A DNA stretch of 64,000 nucleotides, taken from IMG/VR virus record IMGVR_UViG_3300022074_000022; one strand, written 5' to 3'. A program made the position numbers and the translations under genes. Positions 26,344-35,258 of the stretch are shown here, piece by piece. Numbering within the stretch: position 1 is the first letter of the stretch; each line of letters begins with the position of its first letter. This DNA is from an uncultured virus (IMG/VR IMGVR_UViG_3300022074_000022) (lineage: Duplodnaviria > Heunggongvirae > Uroviricota > Caudoviricetes). The notes under the pieces were generated by a model. That model was not told the DNA's origin and did not search any database. It saw nothing but the letters and a program-made list of their open reading frames with translations.

Positions 26344-27864
26344 CTATCTCCTCCCGTATGTTGCGAATTCTAACGTCGCAGCATCTACGGTAAATACAGC
26401 GTCTGTGTTTGTGCCTGTTGTCTCATATAGTATTGACACAGTGAATCCCGATCCTATTGTGGGGACTTCAAAGATAGCTTTCTGCTTTGTACCCAAAAGT
26501 GTTGTGCCATAAATGCCGGAACCAAAAGTAGTAGAAACTCCCGCATCAGAGCTTAGTATAGAATCTGGTTGGGGCGAATTTGGCTGATCGAAATCAAACT
26601 TCAAAGAAAACTCCAAATCAAATTCGCCATTTACATCTAGATATGTCGTACCCTTGTATATCGTTTTACGAACCTCTGAATCACCCAAAGGAACGAATGG
26701 AGTGGCAAATGTAGCGACTATATTTGTACCGTCCTGTGTATTACCCTGCTCCATCTGATACACGTATCCATCTTTAGCCGCAAAGTAGATACGTTCCGCA
26801 AACCCATCGTACTCACTGTGAGTGACAACTACGTTAAATCCACGAAGGTCATTCCAAGAGAATCCCTCTTGAAGCTGAGTTCCTGCGATACCCTTTGCAG
26901 CAGAATTTGTGTATGTAGCGTTAAATCCAAATAGTCTGTATTGACTTTTTTCTCTAATAACTGTACTAGAGAATTCAGTGCTACTGGATATTAGGTCAGT
27001 AACCTCAGTCTGAATAGGCTTGGATATGACGGCAAGACTAAAATCCCCAATACGATCTGTGGCAGAAAAGAGACGCAGACCATCCGGCCCCAAGAACATA
27101 ATATCGCCACCAATCTCCTGAATAGTATCTTCGGCCACACATCCCAAATCTTGAGAAACAGACTGCAACTGAAAATCTGCAATACTACTACCAGCGATCC
27201 TGTTAATTGAAGTTTCACTAAAAATAATTAACTGATCACGAAAAACTACCAGCCCAGTAATTGTATCTGCAACATTAATTATACCACCACCACTAGCGGC
27301 TGTAAAGTCGTCATCTTCATAAGGTGCAGAAAAAATGAGATTTGTGCCTTTTCCAAGAAAGACATGATTCTTGAAATTTACAACGTGACTTGCACCAGAA
27401 GTGTCGGACGGGAGGGAGCTTAACTGCGAGAACGTCGTACCGTCGAACCTAAATGGCTTGCCAGTCCCGTCAACGACCATAAGCTTTTCAGTCCCGTCGA
27501 AGTCATATTTGAGGAACCTGATACGACTTGTTCCTCCGAGCGAGACGCCTGCACTGCTGAACGACGCGTTGTCCGTGATTTGTGTCCACCCTGACCCGCT
27601 TGAGCGAAAAAGATCATTACCCCGTGCAGCATAAACATTTCCTCCGTATCGCACGATCCCTCGTACATTACCTGTGTTAGGCAGTGCGTTACTGTCAAAC
27701 TTATCGTATCCTTCAACACGACGATATCCGCCGAAAACAGACGGCTCAAAATTACGTAATATACGGGCGGAGCCGGGAGCCTGTGTTCCCTGCTGATAAG
27801 GAGAAAGGTTCGTAATCAAACCCCCCTTAAATTGAAAGGGATATGTCTGCCATCTATCCGGCAT
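26344..27864 (-). CDS. Tail nozzle / tubular protein B-like
   Basis: Beta-rich 506 aa following the adaptor; NFEPSVFGGYRR, LGCVAEDTIQEIGGD. Confidence 0.75.
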   Translation of the reverse strand: MPDRWQTYPFQFKGGLITNLSPYQQGTQAPGSARILRNFEPSVFGGYRRVEGYDKFDSNALPNTGNVRGIVRYGGNVYAARGNDLFRSSGSGWTQITDNASFSSAGVSLGGTSRIRFLKYDFDGTEKLMVVDGTGKPFRFDGTTFSQLSSLPSDTSGASHVVNFKNHVFLGKGTNLIFSAPYEDDDFTAASGGGIINVADTITGLVVFRDQLIIFSETSINRIAGSSIADFQLQSVSQDLGCVAEDTIQEIGGDIMFLGPDGLRLFSATDRIGDFSLAVISKPIQTEVTDLISSSTEFSSTVIREKSQYRLFGFNATYTNSAAKGIAGTQLQEGFSWNDLRGFNVVVTHSEYDGFAERIYFAAKDGYVYQMEQGNTQDGTNIVATFATPFVPLGDSEVRKTIYKGTTYLDVNGEFDLEFSLKFDFDQPNSPQPDSILSSDAGVSTTFGSGIYGTTLLGTKQKAIFEVPTIGSGFTVSILYETTGTNTDAVFTVDAATLEFATYGRR

Positions 27865-28545
27865 CTAAACCGCCCGTGCGTATACGTTTTCGTTTACAGT
27901 AAGAGTCCGCATATGTTTTACACCATCGTCAAATTTACGAAGGGAAACAGTGGCGGACTCTAAGTTGTCGCGGAACATGTAGGCATAGTACATGGCACCG
28001 TCTACAATTACATGTTTGAATCGAAATGGGATTGAGGGCACATCATCATGCGACTCAAGGTCAGCAGGAAACATGAAAAATTCGTACTCAATTTTGTACG
28101 CTTTATCCGGCATAGGGACGACAATTATATCCCCATCTTGTGAGCGGACGATGTACTCAGGTGCGCTACCACGAGACGACTCTGTTTCAAATTCCTGATC
28201 TATGTATCGATTTATGTACTCTTTGTAACTCATCTGCGGCAGATGCCTGCCTTCGCCCACGCCTAGAGTGGTATTACGAACGAGCCTGACCGTATCAAAA
28301 TCAGTGTGCTTTGCATTCTCGGGAAGAGGATAACGAGACTCGCCAGCCGTCAGGACGATATCATCCATGTTGTGATTAAACGGCCAGTTGAAGTGCTTCT
28401 GGTTAATGTCACGAACAGATGCGTTAACACTGTCTCTGATCTGTGCATAAAAGCCGGTCGCTGTAGCGAAGTTAGAAGAGGTAAGTTCCGTCTCGTTAAG
28501 GCGGCGGCAAACCTCATTTGCGAGGGATAAGAAATTATATGCCAT
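27865..28545 (-). CDS. Head-tail adaptor / tubular protein A-like
   Basis: FLSLANEVCRRLNE, WPF, P.PDKAY. Confidence 0.78.
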   Translation of the reverse strand: MAYNFLSLANEVCRRLNETELTSSNFATATGFYAQIRDSVNASVRDINQKHFNWPFNHNMDDIVLTAGESRYPLPENAKHTDFDTVRLVRNTTLGVGEGRHLPQMSYKEYINRYIDQEFETESSRGSAPEYIVRSQDGDIIVVPMPDKAYKIEYEFFMFPADLESHDDVPSIPFRFKHVIVDGAMYYAYMFRDNLESATVSLRKFDDGVKHMRTLTVNENVYARAV

Positions 28546-28865
28546 CAGTTTTTATTAACCACGCGTATCTTGACTTCTTGTTCACGGACGGTCGCATCAC
28601 TAGCTGTCATGCGACAGATAATCTTATATGTGGTAAAAGCTGTACCGCTGCCAAGGTAGATGGTAGCTACAGTAGTTGTGTTGGTTCGACTGATAAGCTG
28701 TAAACCATTCACTATCTGGCTATTAGACCACGTTTGCAGCGTGTCATTTTCATCAAAAATTTTCCAAACCACAGACGAGATAGTGTCAGTATCTAACGCT
28801 GGACCCCAGTTTATAGAGTAGTCCAACTGATCGTCAGGGTCTTTATCGGGCCATTTCAAAGACAT
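28545..28865 (-). CDS. Small virion adaptor-like protein
   Basis: KDPDDQLDYSINW motif; start set at MSLKWP. Confidence 0.7.
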   Translation of the reverse strand: MSLKWPDKDPDDQLDYSINWGPALDTDTISSVVWKIFDENDTLQTWSNSQIVNGLQLISRTNTTTVATIYLGSGTAFTTYKIICRMTASDATVREQEVKIRVVNKN

Positions 28866-28866
28866 T

Positions 28867-29796
28867 TTATGCTGCCCTTCTTTGATTACTTGTCTGTTTT
28901 GGTTGCACTGTAACCGTGCGCTGTCTACTGAAAGCGTCTGCAGCACCCGTTGGAACAGAGCGTAGCTGCAAAGCTTCTGGGACAACTCTGACGACGTTTT
29001 TTCTGTCGTATGCTGATGCTGTGAAAACAGTGATGGCATTAGAAGGTGCGGGTAGATTCACTGCACTCGTACCGACAACACTCGCGAGCTTTTCAACTAT
29101 GTGAAGAGTGAGAGTGCCTACAGACGTGGTTGCACTGAATCCCGGTATATCTTCCGCAACATTCGGCTTGATAGAACCAAGAGAAAGAGTCCCCCCAACG
29201 CCCACTAGTTCTTTAGAGAAGCTGACAACAGGCTGTACCGCACTTATCGAACCGGTAGCGGATACACCAGAAATCTTTTCTGTTACCTGCGGCTCAACGT
29301 CGTTGATTGCACCTGTTGCAGACACGCCAGCTATCGAAACAGTGACCTGTGGTTCGACAGTGCCTATAGCACCTGTAGCTGAAACACCTGTGAGACCTGC
29401 TGCGGTATTTACAGTCAGAGTACCAATGCTGCCCGTTGCGGATACACCAGAAATCTTTTCTGTAATGTTTACGCTGACAGTACCTATGGCACCTGTCGCG
29501 GATACACTCGCAAGAGATTCATCTACTTGTGGCTCGACGGTTCCTATCGCGCCTGTTGCAGATACGCCTGTCAGACCGGCGGCAGTATTGACCTGCGGGG
29601 TTCCTATCGATCCTGTTGCAGATACACCTACAAGACGTTCGGATATGTCAATTTCAAACCCGTTGATTGCAACAGATTGAACAGACCCTGTAGCAGAGAC
29701 TCCGGTTAATGCAACATTCGGCGATACGACTCCATAAGATGCGGAGCCGTAGGAGCCAGTACCATAAATTGCATCTCCAGAATCGTAAAAGGCCAC
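28867..29796 (-). CDS. Fibre-like virion protein with GVSATG[AS]IG repeats
   Basis: About 10 degenerate repeats of about 21-22 aa. Confidence 0.75.
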   Translation of the reverse strand: MAFYDSGDAIYGTGSYGSASYGVVSPNVALTGVSATGSVQSVAINGFEIDISERLVGVSATGSIGTPQVNTAAGLTGVSATGAIGTVEPQVDESLASVSATGAIGTVSVNITEKISGVSATGSIGTLTVNTAAGLTGVSATGAIGTVEPQVTVSIAGVSATGAINDVEPQVTEKISGVSATGSISAVQPVVSFSKELVGVGGTLSLGSIKPNVAEDIPGFSATTSVGTLTLHIVEKLASVVGTSAVNLPAPSNAITVFTASAYDRKNVVRVVPEALQLRSVPTGAADAFSRQRTVTVQPKQTSNQRRAA

Positions 29797-29808
29797 AGCC
29801 TACCTCCG

Positions 29809-30246
29809 CTACGCGATACGGACTACAGCGTTGGATGCGTCAGCAGTAGGAAATTCGATTGTCAAGTCACCGGCAGTAGCAGACACGGTGCCACCGAAGT
29901 CGATGACACAGATAGCTTTATTAGATGCGGAGGAGTTGTATATGATACAGCCGTCTGTAGAAACAGTGACGTTCGAAAACACTTCGTCAGTAAAATCGAG
30001 AAAGGCAGTCGTGCCGCTCGTGGCGATAGCCGCACCATCTAGATTTTGACCCCCAGCAGAATAGCCAGTGCCGGAAGCTTCATCAGAGTTGCCGGTTACA
30101 TCAGAGTAGTTTGTGGTAGCGGCACCGTATGTACCAGACATGCTGCTCTTAATTAGAGCCAGCTTAATGGTGTGGGTGTCGAGATCGTGTACGCCGCCAA
30201 GAAGTTCGCTCTTGAACGAAGTACACATTGCAGTTGTAATTGCCAT
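29809..30246 (-). CDS. Structural protein
   Basis: MAITTAMCTSFKSELL...IDFGG...F pattern; strong RBS. Confidence 0.75.
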   Translation of the reverse strand: MAITTAMCTSFKSELLGGVHDLDTHTIKLALIKSSMSGTYGAATTNYSDVTGNSDEASGTGYSAGGQNLDGAAIATSGTTAFLDFTDEVFSNVTVSTDGCIIYNSSASNKAICVIDFGGTVSATAGDLTIEFPTADASNAVVRIA

Positions 30247-30261
30247 GAGGTTATCTCCCTG

Positions 30262-30621
30262 TTATCTGGCGGGTTCGTAGAACTCTTCAGCAGCAACGAC
30301 AACTGTCAAAGTGTTAGCCGTGTCTGCTGCTACGATAATTTTATCGCCCTCGTGAATGTAGAGGGGTTTGTCTACAGTGAAAATAGACTCACTACCTTTG
30401 CCGGTTACAGCGTGTCCCGAAAACAGGGTGTGCGTGGTAGTGGTGTCAGCTTCGTAGTATTTCAGAGTGTAGTCTTTGTTACTTGCGTTGTTGTTGCCAA
30501 TCATCAAGTGTTCTACATGTGACGAGAAGTTAGTCGGCACAACGTACACGTCGGTATCGCTCGTGGTCGACAAAGCCGTTGCGTGGGTAACAAATTTCGA
30601 TCCGTTATTAAGTACGGGCAT
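30262..30621 (-). CDS. Beta-rich structural protein
   Basis: 119-aa ORF in late operon. Confidence 0.65.
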   Translation of the reverse strand: MPVLNNGSKFVTHATALSTTSDTDVYVVPTNFSSHVEHLMIGNNNASNKDYTLKYYEADTTTTHTLFSGHAVTGKGSESIFTVDKPLYIHEGDKIIVAADTANTLTVVVAAEEFYEPAR

Positions 30622-30622
30622 C

Positions 30623-30886
30623 TTATCGCGTCTTTCTATATGCGCGTGTCTTCTTAGCTATCTTTTTAGGCTGCTTCGAAACCTGTTTACCAGCCTTCGT
30701 GGCTTTACGCTTCGCGCGAGTCGTAGCAGCGTACTCTTTCGCAGAGAGCGCCTTAATAGCTTTCGCCGGTAGATATCTTTCCCCGGTAGCTTTCGAACCT
30801 TGTGTTGACGGCTTCCCACTTTTGGTGCGCCACTTCTGTTTAGTCCAACTCTTCAAAGAGCGTTGGCTCTTCTTCAGTGCCATCAT
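30623..30886 (-). CDS. Small basic protein (DUF5872-like)
   Basis: SLKSWTKQKWRTKSGK...GERYLP; family recalled, not searched. Confidence 0.7.
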   Translation of the reverse strand: MMALKKSQRSLKSWTKQKWRTKSGKPSTQGSKATGERYLPAKAIKALSAKEYAATTRAKRKATKAGKQVSKQPKKIAKKTRAYRKTR

Positions 30887-31094
30887 CCATCTCCATGCTG
30901 AGTGCAGCTAAAGCGCCCATCTTGTCGTTTGCAGTTACCCACTTTTCAAGTGCAGTGTCCATCTCTTCTAGAATACCCGGATGTTCACCTACACCGACAG
31001 AGTGCTTGGAATAGAGAGAGAATACAAACTCTGCATCCGCCATTTCCGCTGTGTACTTGTGCCTTAACGCTTCAATCGCGAGTTTGTATGACAT
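30840..31094 (-). CDS. Hypothetical protein
   Basis: VGVGEHP motif; own promoter upstream. Confidence 0.7.
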   Translation of the reverse strand: MSYKLAIEALRHKYTAEMADAEFVFSLYSKHSVGVGEHPGILEEMDTALEKWVTANDKMGALAALSMEMDDGTEEEPTLFEELD

Positions 31095-31115
31095 TCCTGC
31101 CCCCTAAATACATCT

Positions 31116-31144
31116 ATTATAACGCTTATTATGATATTTTGCAA
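31116..31144 (-). promoter_or_regulatory. Sigma70-like promoter
   Basis: TTGCAA-17-TATAAT in an AT-rich gap. Confidence 0.7.
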
Positions 31145-31151
31145 GAAAAAA

Positions 31152-31583
31152 CTATAGCTTACCTTCGTGGTGCATCAGCAGGGCTACAAACGCCCCTATG
31201 ATAAGTAGTCCGCATACAAAAAATAGTGTTACAATGGATACTTCTATAATTTTCTTGCGTCTACGGGCTGCGGCTTCTTCAGCTTCTCTTCGTGCTATCC
31301 GCGCCTTAGCCTGAAATCTCTGCCAATCACCCCACAGTCCGGGACGACCGGCATAAATCATAAAAGTCTTTAGCTCCTCTTCACGGGTCCGTATTTCCTC
31401 TAGAGCCATGAATTCTTCTAGATCAGAGCCGCCGCCCTTCTTTTGGGCCTTTTTCTGTAGGTCTTCTTTCGCGCCTACAAATTGTGCGATTGCCTGTCCG
31501 GCAGAGGCTATATCCCTACCGTTTTGGACGGCGGACTTAATAATTTGAAAGGCGCTATTGGCTGCGGCAAGTTCGGCTAACAT
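31152..31583 (-). CDS. Protein with C-terminal TM helix
   Basis: MLAELAAANSAF...; hydrophobic tail. Confidence 0.75.
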   Translation of the reverse strand: MLAELAAANSAFQIIKSAVQNGRDIASAGQAIAQFVGAKEDLQKKAQKKGGGSDLEEFMALEEIRTREEELKTFMIYAGRPGLWGDWQRFQAKARIARREAEEAAARRRKKIIEVSIVTLFFVCGLLIIGAFVALLMHHEGKL

Positions 31584-31777
31584 TAGTACACCTTTATCCC
31601 TGTGCTTTTGTCGACTAGCTTAGGGAGGCAGTATGCCGTCACCTGTTTTCCTTGTTTATGTAAAGTCTGCGCGTACCATACGCACTCGTTCAAGTCTCGA
31701 AAGTACATATCTTTACTGACTTGACGCTTGTCCTCTCCTATGCCAAGAAAGACAAACAGGAGAAAGACGTGCTGCAT
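31583..31777 (-). CDS. Small Cys-containing protein
   Basis: Hydrophobic N-terminus, YFRDLNEC...AYCLP. Confidence 0.65.
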   Translation of the reverse strand: MQHVFLLFVFLGIGEDKRQVSKDMYFRDLNECVWYAQTLHKQGKQVTAYCLPKLVDKSTGIKVY

Positions 31778-31779
31778 AG

Positions 31780-32142
31780 TTAGTCGCGGTAGCCGCCCCC
31801 TGCTTTTTTGTAAGCTGCCGCAACCATCTGGGCTTTACGCGCCGACCATTGTCCCGGACGCCCGCCCTTTCCGCCAGCCTTGATACGGTTGAAAATACGC
31901 TTCCTCAGTCCGGGCTTAGTGTAGTTGCCAGCTTCATTAACTCGACTCTTGCCCTTCGTTTTAGACTTCGACGGTTTGCGAGCTTTTGTAGCCCTGCCAC
32001 CTTTCTTGAGTTCTTGTGCTTCCTCGACGCCTTTAATCTTTCCGGCGTTGGCTGTCGCGTAGAAGACCTGTTCACCCTTCTTGCCCCCGTATGTGCGTTT
32101 CATGGACTGCATGATTTTCTCACCTTTATTTGTTAGAGGCAT
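31780..32142 (-). CDS. Basic protein
   Basis: PLTNKGEKIMQSM...VFYA and NYTKP...GQWSARKAQ...GGGY. Confidence 0.75.
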   Translation of the reverse strand: MPLTNKGEKIMQSMKRTYGGKKGEQVFYATANAGKIKGVEEAQELKKGGRATKARKPSKSKTKGKSRVNEAGNYTKPGLRKRIFNRIKAGGKGGRPGQWSARKAQMVAAAYKKAGGGYRD

Positions 32143-32372
32143 CACGTAATATCGTAAGGATCACCGCGTTCGATGATCTTTATTCCCTTTTTCGAAGGTT
32201 CCATAGGAATACCCTTACCTTTATCTTCCTCCATTTGACGAATACGTCCGGGAAGAGTTCTACGACTTTCTTCAATTTCTCTACGAAACTGCTGGCCTTG
32301 ACCCAGCCTATAATTTCCGGGAACTTCCGCGCTGGATGTTGCACGTCGCCCTCTGCTGTAACCTGTCGTCAT
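32142..32372 (-). CDS. Hypothetical late protein
   Basis: Coupled to lysozyme stop; carries RGRRATSSAE. Confidence 0.6.
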   Translation of the reverse strand: MTTGYSRGRRATSSAEVPGNYRLGQGQQFRREIEESRRTLPGRIRQMEEDKGKGIPMEPSKKGIKIIERGDPYDIT

Positions 32373-32857
32373 TAAAACTCTCCGTTTTTCATTGCGTTTG
32401 AGAGCTTAGTAGCCCGTCGTCCGACCTGTGCCGCCCATCTGGAATCCAACATTTCGATGGACGCGATGCCAAACTTCTGTTCGTGGATCGCACTCCACAT
32501 GTTCTTGAATTTACAGAGGCGTGGCACACCCATATTGAAGGCCATATCCATCAGGATCAGTTGACGTACTGCGTCCAAGTCGTTCACGCACGGGTGTACG
32601 CGGCACAGTTCGTCCTCTACGATCTTGATGTCGTTCATGGCAAGATAACGTGCATCCGCTTCTGTGATACCGTGTTCGTACACGATAGCCATCGACGGAA
32701 TGTCCATGTAATCGAGTTCTTCCTTACTGATCCCCCGGTCTTTCAAATTGCGCCCGATACCAATAGTGTCGATGCCGAGGGAGTCTTGATAAACCGTTAG
32801 AACCATGCCTTCATGTTCAATCAGCTTATCTAGAAAATGCGATGTATTATATTTCAT
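32372..32857 (-). CDS. Endolysin, T4-type (GH24) lysozyme
   Basis: HEG...YQDSLGIDTIGIGRNL, MAFNMG, MLDSRWAAQVGRRA. Confidence 0.93.
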   Translation of the reverse strand: MKYNTSHFLDKLIEHEGMVLTVYQDSLGIDTIGIGRNLKDRGISKEELDYMDIPSMAIVYEHGITEADARYLAMNDIKIVEDELCRVHPCVNDLDAVRQLILMDMAFNMGVPRLCKFKNMWSAIHEQKFGIASIEMLDSRWAAQVGRRATKLSNAMKNGEF

Positions 32858-33063
32858 TTAGATTCGTTCCCCATCCAAATAGCGAAAGCCCCGGTGGCAG
32901 CGCCAACGATGGTCGATACGAACGCGGTTTGCTGTGAGGTGGCGGAGGGTCCGAGCGACATAAACCAGTCACAGACGTTCCACGCCATAAATGTGAATGC
33001 CAACATCATCCCACGGGGAAGTAACTTCCATTTTAGAATGCGTTCAAAAGTAACTTCAGCCAT
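32854..33063 (-). CDS. Small 2-TM membrane protein (holin-like)
   Basis: Two hydrophobic segments, adjacent to endolysin. Confidence 0.65.
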   Translation of the reverse strand: MAEVTFERILKWKLLPRGMMLAFTFMAWNVCDWFMSLGPSATSQQTAFVSTIVGAATGAFAIWMGNESK

Positions 33064-33166
33064 AATACGCCTTCGGTTTATCTCGCTTGTTGAGGTTCTT
33101 CTTGTGCCGTCCCGGACGACAAATCTTCTTCTTGGCCGTGAAAGTGCCTTTTACTTTTATAGCCAT
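33056..33166 (-). CDS. 36-aa basic peptide (not in ORF track)
   Basis: MAIKVKGTFTAKKKICRPGRHKKNLNKRDKPKAYYG fills the gap with coupled start and stop. Confidence 0.55.
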   Translation of the reverse strand: MAIKVKGTFTAKKKICRPGRHKKNLNKRDKPKAYYG

Positions 33167-33549
33167 TATTTCCTTCCAAAGAATTTAGTAGCACTACGAA
33201 CGCCAAATGAGGCAGCAACGATAACCCCCAGAGAATATTGATACCATTCCGGCATAGTGTTGAGTTGTGCGAATCCATTGGCTACTACCTCTTCCATCCC
33301 CGGAATAAACGCCAAAATGAGTGGGATACTGAATAAAATAGTGAGCCACTCGTCTTTCCACGAGTGCTTACTACCTTCAGCCATAGTAATGTCCCAATCA
33401 ATTTCACCCGTAGCCTTCTTTTCCATGATAGTCGCTTCAGCACGAGCCTTAGCGACTTTGGCTCCGGTTTCTGCCTTTGTCTTTTCAACCTTTCCCTCCA
33501 GCCACGTACCCGCAAGCTGAGAGATCGGGCCAATCAGTAGGTTTAACAC
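33166..33549 (-). CDS. Holin-like membrane protein
   Basis: SWKDEWLTILFSIPLILAFIP...PEWYQY...ASFG. Confidence 0.7.
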   Translation of the reverse strand: MLNLLIGPISQLAGTWLEGKVEKTKAETGAKVAKARAEATIMEKKATGEIDWDITMAEGSKHSWKDEWLTILFSIPLILAFIPGMEEVVANGFAQLNTMPEWYQYSLGVIVAASFGVRSATKFFGRK

Positions 33550-33827
33550 TTCCACCTCTTCCTCGCCTGACGAAGACGACTGTTAGGATTCTTTGCAGCT
33601 TTAGGAAACTTCTTCATCTGACCAGCCGAGCGGGCACAAAACGACTTACGACGCTTTGCAGCCGCACTTCCGGGCTTTACTTTGCCTGTAACTGCAGTCT
33701 TGAGTTTGGAGCCGGGGTTCTTCTTGCGATATGCAGCCACCCCGGCCTTAGTCATGCCAGCCCCTGCTTTCGTGGGCCGAAAGTTCTTTTTGTTACGGGC
33801 TGGCATCTTGTCGGCTTTACGTGCCAT
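33543..33827 (-). CDS. Small basic protein (DUF6321-like)
   Basis: NPGSKLK...RRKSFCARS...NSRL...RWKC; family recalled, not searched. Confidence 0.75.
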   Translation of the reverse strand: MARKADKMPARNKKNFRPTKAGAGMTKAGVAAYRKKNPGSKLKTAVTGKVKPGSAAAKRRKSFCARSAGQMKKFPKAAKNPNSRLRQARKRWKC

Positions 33828-33832
33828 TGTGA

Positions 33833-34054
33833 CTATGCCTTTACGAGCTTGTAGCCCTTTGCCTTGGCTGCGGCACGGACTTGTGCAAGAGTCATGGCTG
33901 GCTTTTTAGCTGCCTTCTTCTTGCCGCCCGCTGCACCACCTTTGGCGTAGCCTTTAGACTTCATGGCCATACGACCGCCACGAGCCATACCTTTGGACTT
34001 CATACGACCACCACGGGCCATGCCCTTACTCTTCTTCTTCATCATCATCTTCAT
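33833..34054 (-). CDS. Lys/Met/Gly-rich protamine-like peptide
   Basis: KSKGMARGG twice, KSKGYAKGG; no acidic residues. Confidence 0.7.
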   Translation of the reverse strand: MKMMMKKKSKGMARGGRMKSKGMARGGRMAMKSKGYAKGGAAGGKKKAAKKPAMTLAQVRAAAKAKGYKLVKA

Positions 34055-34718
34055 AATCGCTCTCCGCATAGAGGTTATCAAACACCCGAGCCGTATCACT
34101 CACGTAGTTCGGGTCTTGTTTGGAATGATGGACCCACTGACTAGGTGTAAAGTCTGGGGGGCCTTCTCCTGTCACAAACCAAGCAGGGTTAGTGACTCGC
34201 ACTCGATTGTTGGGGAGGGCGACTATATTGCCCGTCCACTTTCCGGCATCTAAGAGTTCCAAAACATGACTCTGTTTGTGCTGTGCCGGATCGTCTGCTA
34301 CTTCAGTTCCCGTGTAATCTACAGTGAAGTAGTACTTTGCAGGGTAAAATTCCCCGTCTATCTTTGCCAGCCACGGGCAGGGTGTACCTCTGTTGAGTAC
34401 AAATACTGAGTGGTGATGTGACTGACAGTCCCACGGTTGTGCCAGATAAGTAGGTATAGGTTCAGGCCATTCATCTAAAGGCGTGTCCCCTACTAAGGCT
34501 GTGAGGGGCATACGTGCCCACATTGCTCCGCCGTGTACATTCTCTTCTTCTTCACACCCCGTGAATAGAACCTGAAAAGACAGGGTACGCATCGGGAGTG
34601 TTGTAACACCGATCACCATGGCGTGTAGAAATTCACCGTGATATCGATCATGATTTGTTGTGTATTCTTTACGTACCCAAGCTTTGAAGTACGGTACGTT
34701 ACTGGTTATGTAGTTCAT
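34026..34718 (-). CDS. Conserved phage protein of unknown function
   Basis: GGAMWARMP, QPWDC, QHKQSH, ALPNNRVR; acidic tail. Confidence 0.8.
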   Translation of the reverse strand: MNYITSNVPYFKAWVRKEYTTNHDRYHGEFLHAMVIGVTTLPMRTLSFQVLFTGCEEEENVHGGAMWARMPLTALVGDTPLDEWPEPIPTYLAQPWDCQSHHHSVFVLNRGTPCPWLAKIDGEFYPAKYYFTVDYTGTEVADDPAQHKQSHVLELLDAGKWTGNIVALPNNRVRVTNPAWFVTGEGPPDFTPSQWVHHSKQDPNYVSDTARVFDNLYAESDYEDDDEEEE

Positions 34719-34761
34719 CAGGAATGCTCCGTGGAGGTTATATCCCGGCAGGGGATTCCTG

Positions 34762-34818
34762 CATATATCATAAAACAGTAAAAGTGTCAAGGGGGAGTTT
34801 CAAGGCTCCCCCCTGACA
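34762..34818 (-). terminator. Terminator after capsid genes overlapping a promoter
   Basis: TGTCAGGGGGGAG/CTCCCCCTTGACA stem plus T run; its 3' arm begins TTGACA-17-TATATG. Confidence 0.75.
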
Positions 34819-34824
34819 AGTTGA

Positions 34825-35247
34825 TTAGGCGAACGAAGCCGCCGTCTCTGCAGTACCCATCTCTGCAATCACTGCGAACACACGTACCTTACCGTCGAAG
34901 GTTGCCGTGTTGGCAATCAGATCGATGGTGTCGGCAGCGGTGTACAGCTTTGCAGTACCGGCTGCGTTGTTGATCTCGTGGCCGGTAGCAGTACCGTCCA
35001 GAGCGGCAACATACAGATCGTCGTCTGCGTCGTCACCGAGGTCAAGGACCGGCGAACCAGTCGATGCTGCGGTAAGGACTTCCACACCCGCCATGAGGAC
35101 GAGGGTGTTTGCCTTCATTTCGAATACCTCAACGGAATCCGAAGTAGTCAGGCTAGTGGACGAGAAGTCAAGAACGACTTCAACGATCTGCGGCTTAATG
35201 CCAAGAGGGACGCCAGCGACTGCGCCAGTTACGGTATAAGTAGCCAT
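34825..35247 (-). CDS. Capsid decoration/spike protein
   Basis: Directly after MCP, before terminator; LDLGD..DDD.YV. Confidence 0.7.
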   Translation of the reverse strand: MATYTVTGAVAGVPLGIKPQIVEVVLDFSSTSLTTSDSVEVFEMKANTLVLMAGVEVLTAASTGSPVLDLGDDADDDLYVAALDGTATGHEINNAAGTAKLYTAADTIDLIANTATFDGKVRVFAVIAEMGTAETAASFA

Positions 35248-35258
35248 CTAAGCCTCCC

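Noticed and set aside
26400..27400. AT-richer stretch in the nozzle gene as a foreign insertion
   Set aside because: ORF is continuous with no boundaries or repeats; ordinary tail-module mosaicism suffices
25060..29796. Diversity-generating retroelement or invertible tail cassette
   Set aside because: No reverse transcriptase, TR/VR pair or inverted repeats seen around the fibre genes
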